Shown piece after piece: positions 57,525-64,000 of a stretch of DNA of 64,000 nucleotides (position 1 is its first letter; each line of letters starts with the position of its first letter). Location: NCBI GenBank assembly GCA_016214995.1, contig JACRML010000027.1, forward strand, positions 1,766 to 65,765, read 5' to 3'. The translations under genes were made by a program, and so were the position numbers. The stretch comes from Deltaproteobacteria bacterium. Its GTDB lineage: Bacteria; Desulfobacterota; GWC2-55-46; UBA9637. The notes under the pieces are model-generated. The model ran no database searches. It was not told the origin of the DNA and worked only from the letters and a program-made list of their open reading frames with translations.

Positions 57525-57744
57525 ATCGCCTTTGCCTGACAGATTCTACCTCCCCGGTAATCTCCTCTATTGTTATAGGATATTTTCGGGCAGACTCCCT
57601 GAACTCTTTCAGAAGGCTTTTAAACCTCGCTGCAAATAGCTCTTTTTCCAGCATCGTCAACACCTCTATCTTTTTTGCCAATGGCAAACTCTTAACTGCC
57701 TTTTTAATTTCATTTAAACCTGAATCTGAAATTGTTTTTAGCAT
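57490..57744 (-). CDS. Putative antitoxin-like small protein (partner of the decayed PIN)
   Basis: GAAGGAGG-N7-ATG, 84 aa helical protein. Position and overlap with the PIN remnant are the only evidence. Confidence 0.4.
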   Translation of the reverse strand: MLKTISDSGLNEIKKAVKSLPLAKKIEVLTMLEKELFAARFKSLLKEFRESARKYPITIEEITGEVESVRQRRYEKNQRTLFAS

Positions 57745-57979
57745 AACAACACCTCCTTCAAATCATGGCAGTAATATTCAATATTGCCGTATATACCTTT
57801 TGATTTAATGCTAACAAAATCACCGGAGAGAGTAAAGTTTTTTGATATTGTGATATCCTTTCAAAAATAAATCTGATCCCCTTTATCCTTTAGATTCCTA
57901 TACGGTGCGCCTTTTAGGTCAACTGCCTTTGCCCTATCTTTTGTGAGATTTGCCCTTGGTATCCGTTTTTCCACAAGCC

Positions 57980-58234
57980 CTACTTCAACACCGTCTCCCC
58001 GGAAAAAACCGGGACAGGGATATACCGTGAAGGCTTTTTTTTCTGATACCTTTTAATAAATCTGTCGATTTTTGAAGAGACATCGGCGCTGAAGTATTTT
58101 TCACCGCACTGTTTGCATATATCTGCAGGCAGGTCTTCACAGATTATCAGTTCTTTTTGGATGTGAACCTCCAAATCTATTTTTTTATGCTCCAATTCCC
58201 CGCCGCATAGGTCGCAAAGGTCTTTCTCCTTCAT
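57980..58234 (-). CDS. YgiT-type (MqsA N-terminal-like) zinc-finger protein
   Basis: CDLCGG ... x ... CKQCGEKYF, two CxxC pairs with the typical spacing. ATG 58234. Confidence 0.7.
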   Translation of the reverse strand: MKEKDLCDLCGGELEHKKIDLEVHIQKELIICEDLPADICKQCGEKYFSADVSSKIDRFIKRYQKKKPSRYIPVPVFSGETVLK

Positions 58235-58282
58235 CTTGGCTCCATTGTCCCAATAGAACACCCTATTGATTTATATAGACTC

Positions 58283-58392
58283 GTAGGGTGGGCTGTGCCC
58301 ACCGCAAACATTGTCCTTTGTAATGGTGGGCGCAGCCCACCCTACCATTTTCATCCCCCTTTGTGCCTGCCTGTGCGTTGCACGCAGACAGG
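58283..58392. repeat. REP-like palindromes
   Basis: GTAGGGTGGGCTGTGCCCACC ... GGTGGGCGCAGCCCACCCTAC (58283-58345), and cctgcctgtgcgt tgc acgcagacagg (58366-58392). Confidence 0.65.
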
Positions 58393-58435
58393 AGCCAAAG
58401 GCTCGTGAGGGTTTACTCCGAAATGCTTTGTATTT

Positions 58436-59737
58436 TTATCCTTCATAAACTACCTTCCCTGCCACAATCGTTTTTGAAGCCATTCCCTTCATCCTCCATC
58501 CATTAAACGGAGTGTTTTTGCTTTTGGATTTTAATTTTTTAACATCAACAACCCATTCCATATTCAAATCAACAATTGTTATATCAGCATCTTTACCATT
58601 TGCAAGAGAGCCTTTTGTAGAAAGTCCTAAAATCTTTGCGGGGTTCGCAGAGAGTTTTTCAACAAGGGTGTTTAATGAGACAACCCCTTCGTCAACAAGT
58701 CTCAAAGATAGAGGTAGCGCTGTTTCAAGACCAATTATCCCGTTTGCTGCCTTATCAAACTCAACATCCTTTTCATCAATATTTTGAGGAGCATGGTCTG
58801 TTGCTATCGCATCTATGGTTCCGTCTTTAAGCCCAATCTTTATCGCATCAATATCGGTTTTGGCTCTAAGCGGAGGATTCATCTTGGCATTGGTATTATA
58901 ACCCATAACAGCCTCGTCTGTTAAAGTAAAATGATGCGGCGCAGCCTCTGCTGAAATATTTAATAACCCCCTTTGTTTTGCGTTTCTTACAAGTTCGACG
59001 GCCCCCTTCGTGCTGATATGGGCGATATGCAATCTCCCTCCCGTAAGCTCGGCCAGCGCAATATCCCTCGCAACCATAATATCTTCTTTGGCATTTGGAA
59101 TGCCTCTGAGCCCCAGTTTTGTTGATATAAAACCCTCGTTCATTACGCCGTCCGGCGCAAGCCCGGTATCCTCACAGTGGCTTATAATTAGAAAATTAAA
59201 AAGTTTTGCATATTCCATGGCCAATCTCATAAAGCCGCTGTTCACAATGGGTCTTCCGTCATCTGACAACGCAACGCATCCCGAATCTTTTAACTCCCCT
59301 ATCTCTGCAAGCGTCTCTCCTTTCAATTCTTTGCTTATTGCGCCCACAGGAAATACATTCACAGCGCCTTCTTCCGCAGCTTTTTTAAGTATATACCTTG
59401 CGACAGAGGCATTGTCGTTTACAGGGTTTGTATTTGCCATACATGCAATTGACGTGAATCCTCCGGCTGCGGCTGCCATTGTGCCTGTCTTTATCGTTTC
59501 TTTATATTCGTAGCCAGGCTCCCGCAAGTGCGTGTGCATGTCAATAAATCCTGAACAGACAATTAGGCCGGTTGCATCTATGATATTCCAGCCATCAGAC
59601 TGGGAATCTGGGGCTGGAGTAGAAAGATTCGGTTTTACAGCGGCAATTTTCCCGCCGACTGCATACACATCAAACAGACCGTCGATGCCGCTTGCAGGGT
59701 CAATCACCCTTCCGCCTTTGATCAAGAGCCTATTCAC
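58436..59737 (-). CDS. pyrC: Dihydroorotase
   Basis: [10 protein letters not shown] metal motif and DHAP near the C-terminus. 433 aa. Confidence 0.93.
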   Translation of the reverse strand: MNRLLIKGGRVIDPASGIDGLFDVYAVGGKIAAVKPNLSTPAPDSQSDGWNIIDATGLIVCSGFIDMHTHLREPGYEYKETIKTGTMAAAAGGFTSIACMANTNPVNDNASVARYILKKAAEEGAVNVFPVGAISKELKGETLAEIGELKDSGCVALSDDGRPIVNSGFMRLAMEYAKLFNFLIISHCEDTGLAPDGVMNEGFISTKLGLRGIPNAKEDIMVARDIALAELTGGRLHIAHISTKGAVELVRNAKQRGLLNISAEAAPHHFTLTDEAVMGYNTNAKMNPPLRAKTDIDAIKIGLKDGTIDAIATDHAPQNIDEKDVEFDKAANGIIGLETALPLSLRLVDEGVVSLNTLVEKLSANPAKILGLSTKGSLANGKDADITIVDLNMEWVVDVKKLKSKSKNTPFNGWRMKGMASKTIVAGKVVYEG

Positions 59738-60656
59738 GAGCCCCTCCCATGAGCAAGTAAAATAAAGCCATCCTCACAGCAACGCCATTCTTCACCTGTT
59801 CAAGTATAAGCGAATACTTCCCGTCTGCAACATCGGATGAAATCTCAATGCCCCTGTTTACCGGCCCGGGATGAAGTATCACAACATTCTTTTTTGCATA
59901 TTCAAGTTTTTTGGAATCAAGACCAAACAACTGTGAATACTCTCTTGCTGTCGGAAACAAGCCTGTCTTCTGCCTTTCCAGTTGAATCCTCAACATCATT
60001 ATAACATCCGCATCCTTTATTGCATCTTCAATCCTATTAAACGCCCTGCATCCGGTTTTCTCAATTTCACAAGGCATCATTGTCGGAGGCCCTGCAATAT
60101 TTACCTCAGCCCCAAGCTTTGCAAAGCCGTATATATTGCTCCTTGCAACCCTTGAATGAAGGATATCGCCGATTATTGCAATCTTTAATCCTTGTATCTT
60201 GCCCAACCTTTGCTTCACGGTTAATAAATCAAGAAGCGCCTGGCTTGGATGCTCATGCGTGCCGTCGCCTGCATTTATAACAGAACATCTAAGAAGCCTT
60301 GATAAGATTTGAGGCGTACCACTTGAAGGATGCCTCAAAACGATGCAGTCGGGGCTCATTGCCTCAAGATTCTTTGCAGTATCCTTTAATGTCTCTCCTT
60401 TTACAGCACTGCTTGACGACGCAGATATATTTATTGCATCAGCGCTCATCCTCTTTGCAGCAATCTCAAAAGACGTTCTTGTCCTTGTGGATGCCTCATA
60501 AAACAGATTTATGATAGTCCTGCCTCTTAGAGTAGGAACCTTTTTTATTTCCCTGTCAGACACCTCTTTGAAAGATTCGGCAGTAGATAAAATAAGTTCT
60601 ATCTCATCCCTGCCAAGATCTTCAATTGTTAATATATCTTTCCTTTTAAGCCTCAT
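59730..60656 (-). CDS. pyrB: Aspartate carbamoyltransferase catalytic subunit
   Basis: STRTR, HPSQ and HPGP motifs. Confidence 0.95.
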   Translation of the reverse strand: MRLKRKDILTIEDLGRDEIELILSTAESFKEVSDREIKKVPTLRGRTIINLFYEASTRTRTSFEIAAKRMSADAINISASSSSAVKGETLKDTAKNLEAMSPDCIVLRHPSSGTPQILSRLLRCSVINAGDGTHEHPSQALLDLLTVKQRLGKIQGLKIAIIGDILHSRVARSNIYGFAKLGAEVNIAGPPTMMPCEIEKTGCRAFNRIEDAIKDADVIMMLRIQLERQKTGLFPTAREYSQLFGLDSKKLEYAKKNVVILHPGPVNRGIEISSDVADGKYSLILEQVKNGVAVRMALFYLLMGGARE

Positions 60657-61188
60657 TCTCTGCCTCTACAACTACCTCATCAACACCATCCGTTTCCTTT
60701 AAATGCACCTTAACTGTTTCCTGTATTGACGTCGGCACATTCTTGCCAACATAATCAGGTCTTATGGGAAGCTCCCTGTGCCCCCTGTCAATCAAGACAG
60801 CAAGATGAATGCTGCTCGGCCTGCCGAAATCCATTATTACATTCATGGCTGCCCTGATTGTCCTTCCGGTGAACAGGACATCATCAACAATAATAACCTT
60901 TTTATTATCAATTGGAACAGGTATATCTGTCTCTTTTAATATCGGCTGGTCGTGCTTCATTCCTATATCATCCCTGTAAAGCGTTGCATCAAGGCTGCCA
61001 ACCGGCAGGTTGATGTTTTCTATACTCTTTAATATATCCCTTAATCTCTTTGCAATATGCACTCCACGCGTTGGAATACCAAGGATGATTATGTCTTCAA
61101 TACCCTTGTTTTTTTCAATAATCTCGTGTGCTATCCTTGTAAATGCCCTTTCTATGCCTTTTGCATCTATGATACTTTTTTTCTTCAC
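60646..61188 (-). CDS. pyrR: Bifunctional pyr operon regulator / uracil phosphoribosyltransferase PyrR
   Basis: PRPP motif [13 protein letters not shown]. 180 aa. Confidence 0.93.
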   Translation of the reverse strand: MKKKSIIDAKGIERAFTRIAHEIIEKNKGIEDIIILGIPTRGVHIAKRLRDILKSIENINLPVGSLDATLYRDDIGMKHDQPILKETDIPVPIDNKKVIIVDDVLFTGRTIRAAMNVIMDFGRPSSIHLAVLIDRGHRELPIRPDYVGKNVPTSIQETVKVHLKETDGVDEVVVEAENEA

Positions 61189-61285
61189 TCAATTTCCCCC
61201 ATTCATTGCCCCATTAAAACCATGACCTTAAACCCCCTAGTCTTTATGATGAAAGAGAGAGTTTTAGATCTGACTGGGTTCATAC

Positions 61286-61327
61286 TAAAAAAATACCTCC
61301 TTGCCTTACTAACTGACAAGGAGGTAT
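61286..61327 (-). terminator. Intrinsic terminator of the pyr leader (attenuator)
   Basis: Minus strand ATACCTCCTTGTCAGTTAGTAAGGCAAGGAGGTAT followed by TTTTTTT. Confidence 0.8.
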
Positions 61328-61360
61328 CACAAAAATTATAATATAAGTTTTCATTTCTAA

Positions 61361-61387
61361 TCCCCTTCTTAACCTCTCCGGGCAAAA
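61361..61387 (-). promoter_or_regulatory. PyrR binding loop
   Basis: Minus strand TTTTGCCCGGAGAGGTTAAGAAGGGGA contains CCGGAGAGGTT, close to the PyrR consensus UCCAGAGAGGCU. Lies 5' of the terminator. Confidence 0.7.
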
Positions 61388-61433
61388 TTAAAAGGGCAGC
61401 CAATCTTACTCCAAAATGGATATTTATCTTTGG

Positions 61434-61811
61434 TTACTGTTTAGCCTTGATTGGTTTAACAGCCTTTATATCAAAAAAAAGCGTTTTGTTGTATTTATAT
61501 AAAAAGTTTATATCAATTTTATAGCTTACTGCAATCTCTATCTCGCTGTCTCTCCTTTCTAAAATAATATCTTTTTCTTCTATTGGAAGCTCAGACAGCT
61601 TAACTTTTTCCATGATATGTTTTATTACATCCTGGTCATGATGCAAGTATGCCATCCCTGCCTCTGCCTCAACCTCAATCTTAAACATGTAATAATTAAA
61701 ATATGGGGGAATAAGTTTTATGCCAAAATAGACTGTAACCACTATTAAAACAAACCAAAGCAATGCACTAATGCTTATATTACCATGCTTATCAGCCAAC
61801 TTAGCGCACAT
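61434..61811 (-). CDS. Hypothetical membrane-anchored protein
   Basis: 125 aa with a single N-terminal TM (ALLWFVLIVVTVYFGIKLI). No motif recognised. Confidence 0.5.
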   Translation of the reverse strand: MCAKLADKHGNISISALLWFVLIVVTVYFGIKLIPPYFNYYMFKIEVEAEAGMAYLHHDQDVIKHIMEKVKLSELPIEEKDIILERRDSEIEIAVSYKIDINFLYKYNKTLFFDIKAVKPIKAKQ

Positions 61812-61975
61812 TGTGCATATTTATACACAGCTATTACATACGAGTCAATATAATTCTATAAAAAATTCAAGAAAACTTTAAATCCCCCGCAAAAAACACA
61901 CTTTTTTAATTCCAAATAACAGCAAGATAATATATCTTGCAATCCGTATAAAAATTGATTAAAAATCAACTAATC

Positions 61976-63154
61976 ATGCCTGACAAGAAAATCTTCGGCT
62001 TTTCAAAGAATGTATTCGTAGCAGGGCTTGTAAGCCTTTTCATGGATATATCTTCTGAAATGATATATCCGCTGCTCCCCATTTTTCTGACCACTGTGCT
62101 CGGCGCAAGCAAGGCAACTGTAGGCATCATAGAAGGGATTGCAGAATCAACAGCAAGCATATTAAAGGTGTTTTCAGGGTGGCTCTCTGACAAAATGGGC
62201 AAACGAAAACTCCTCATGGGCATTGGATACGGCGTGTCAGTCCTTAGCAGGCCAATAATGGCAACCGCAGTAAACTGGGGAGAGGTTCTGACAGCAAGGT
62301 TTGTGGACAGGTTCGGCAAGGGAGTCCGCACGGCGCCGAGAGACGCAATCATTGCAGATTCAGTTGAAAACAATAACCTCGGCAAGGCATTCGGATTCCA
62401 CAGGGCAATGGACACATTAGGCGCTGTCATAGGCCCTGCAATAGCTTTTTTAGTACTCGCACTTTTCTTTAATAACTTTAGGCTTGTATTTTGGCTATCC
62501 GTTATTCCAGGGATAATCTCAGTCCTGTTAATAATATTTTTCATAACAGAGAAAGGACATAAACGGGAGGCTGCAAGCATCCCAAAACTTACAATAAAGG
62601 ACTTTAACGGCAATTTTAGATTTTATATCCTTATAATCTTTATCTTCTCCATCGGAAATTCAAGCGACGCATTCCTTATACTCAGGGCAGAAAATGTAGG
62701 CATATCAAAGGAATTTATCCCGATTATTTATCTCATCTTCAATCTTGTATACTCTTTATCCTCGACTCCTCTTGGTATGCTGGCGGATAAGGTTGGCATG
62801 AAAAGGATGATACTCTTTAGCTTTCTATTCTACGCGGGTATCTATGCTGGCCTTGCCTTTGTTTCCAATCAATATCAGATACTTGGTTTGTTTATTTTGT
62901 ACGGCCTCTTCAAGGGCATGAGCGAAGGCACTCAGAGGGCATATCTCGCAAGCCTTGCGCCGCCTGAAAGAAAGGCAACAGCATTTGGCATCTACCATAT
63001 GGCAGTCGGGTTTGCGCTTTTGCCTGCAAGCATTATAGCAGGCGCATTGTGGGATAAAATCGGGCCGGAGGCAACATTTTTATACGGGACAGTAACAGCC
63101 CTAATGGCTTTTATCCTGTTTGGTATGAGAAAGCGAACAGCACAAATTATGTAG
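61976..63154 (+). CDS. MFS transporter
   Basis: 12-TM pattern and the DRFGKG loop motif. ATG 61976 preferred over the TTG at 61955. Confidence 0.85.
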   Translation: MPDKKIFGFSKNVFVAGLVSLFMDISSEMIYPLLPIFLTTVLGASKATVGIIEGIAESTASILKVFSGWLSDKMGKRKLLMGIGYGVSVLSRPIMATAVNWGEVLTARFVDRFGKGVRTAPRDAIIADSVENNNLGKAFGFHRAMDTLGAVIGPAIAFLVLALFFNNFRLVFWLSVIPGIISVLLIIFFITEKGHKREAASIPKLTIKDFNGNFRFYILIIFIFSIGNSSDAFLILRAENVGISKEFIPIIYLIFNLVYSLSSTPLGMLADKVGMKRMILFSFLFYAGIYAGLAFVSNQYQILGLFILYGLFKGMSEGTQRAYLASLAPPERKATAFGIYHMAVGFALLPASIIAGALWDKIGPEATFLYGTVTALMAFILFGMRKRTAQIM

Positions 63155-63332
63155 TTATATTTGGTATTATAAAAAGAAGAAAATAGTTTATCCAGTGCCA
63201 GGTATTATAATATTACCTATGATTTATCAAACTGACTTCTTACCCTCGTCAAATTCTCCCTTGACTCTCCCCATAAGTTGACCTAAAATTCACAAAAGAT
63301 ACATACAGACATAAAAGAAGGTATAGCAGATA

Positions 63333-63924
63333 ATGAGCTACTTAAATTACATTCTTATCGGAGCACTTCTTATTATTCCAACTTCTTTTGGGGTATTTGG
63401 AATGGCTACTGAGATGGCCATATCAATAGGTGGCATCGTTGGTGATCTTTTTTTTTGCCAATCTTGAAAAGTTTTCCAAGTTCAAAGGTGCTGGTTTTGA
63501 AGCCGAGATGCATAATGCTGTTAGAGAAACTTATGCCGCACTTGAAGAACTCAAAGAACTTGCCCTATCGCTTTCTGCCCCAATTATAGATGAGCTTGCA
63601 GTTTCTGGAAGAATGCTTCAATACATCCCCCTCAAATATAAACTGGAACGGGTTGAGAAAATAGAAAAAACACTTGCAAAACTCGGGGCTCAAAAAGAAG
63701 AAATAGAAGAGATCTGCTACACCTTTTACAGTCGCGTTCATGATGACCATGTAAAGGCTATACTTAGATCCCTCAAAACAGCGAATCAAGATAAACAAGA
63801 TATACTTAAAGAATTGGAAGAAGGAGATGTTTCTGGCTGGAACGCTGAAAAGCTCCATGACTTTATTGAAACAAACAATATGGTTTGCGACGACCAAGTG
63901 ACTAGAGAACCTCACAGATTTTGA
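63333..63924 (+). pseudogene. Hypothetical membrane-anchored protein split by a frameshift in a T9 tract
   Basis: ATG 63333 gives MSYLNYILIGALLIIPTSFGVFGMATEMAISIGGIVGDLFF and stops at 63465-63467. ORF 63430..63924 continues ...ANLEKFSKFKG in the +1 frame. The junction is T9 at 63448-63456. Confidence 0.45.
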
Positions 63925-64000
63925 ATATTTTTCAAAAAATAAGAAGCTACGGCTGGAAGATAAGTGGCAGACCTGATTACGTCGAACCATGCAGTTCACC

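Larger units (their letters stand above)
55734..58440. other. ~2.7 kb accessory islet bounded by the direct repeat of the pyrC 3' end
   Basis: Direct repeats at 55629-55733 and 58436-58540. Contents are non-housekeeping (RiPP-like pair, decayed TA genes, REPs). No integrase is present. Confidence 0.6.

Noticed and set aside
61966-62613. 215-aa minus-strand ORF
   Set aside because: It lies entirely antisense to the MFS transporter, which has a clear 12-TM pattern and the DRFGKG motif.
63565-63999. 144-aa minus-strand ORF at the window end
   Set aside because: It is antisense to the plus-strand hypothetical gene. Its composition (Phe/Lys/Asn-rich) looks like AT-rich antisense noise, and it has no start context.

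Overview
Bacterial chromosomal window, moderately AT-rich and almost entirely coding, with most genes on the minus strand. No taxon can be assigned from sequence alone. Housekeeping content: a TetR-controlled efflux supercluster (TolC, two adaptors, DevCA/MacB-like ABC pump, start of an RND pump); MoxR-DUF58-transglutaminase; tRNA-Cys; trxB; trkHA; coaX; a complete V/A-type ATPase operon (H-I-K-E-C-F-A ... B-D); yacG; prfB with its programmed +1 frameshift; lnt; a fused MFS/spermidine-synthase; phoH-pgpH-ybeY-dgkA; a GH57 branching enzyme; purSQ; and pyrR-pyrB-pyrC with a PyrR attenuator. Three accessory insertions stand out. (1) A ~6.3 kb defence island sits between V-ATPase genes A and B. 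It carries an orphan HicB, a BcgI-like nuclease-methylase fusion plus S subunit with a frameshift ahead of the nuclease motif, an AbrB-PIN pair flanked by 45-bp direct repeats, and a Pif1-WYL helicase. (2) A chromosomal integron consists of intI, three attC-like sites, a GC-rich SnoaL cassette and a two-gene type II R-M cassette. (3) A ~2.7 kb islet is bounded by a duplicated pyrC 3' end. It carries a radical-SAM/SPASM maturase with an unannotated 42-aa Cys-containing precursor ORF (a candidate new RiPP) and decayed TA genes. Also notable are a 914-aa orphan protein with an apparent split class-III-cyclase-like palm domain, and a pervasive family of degenerate heptamer-array hairpins plus a GATTACACAGAT 12-mer. 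These fill intercistronic gaps and occasionally extend into coding sequence. All calls come from reading the sequence; no database searches were run.
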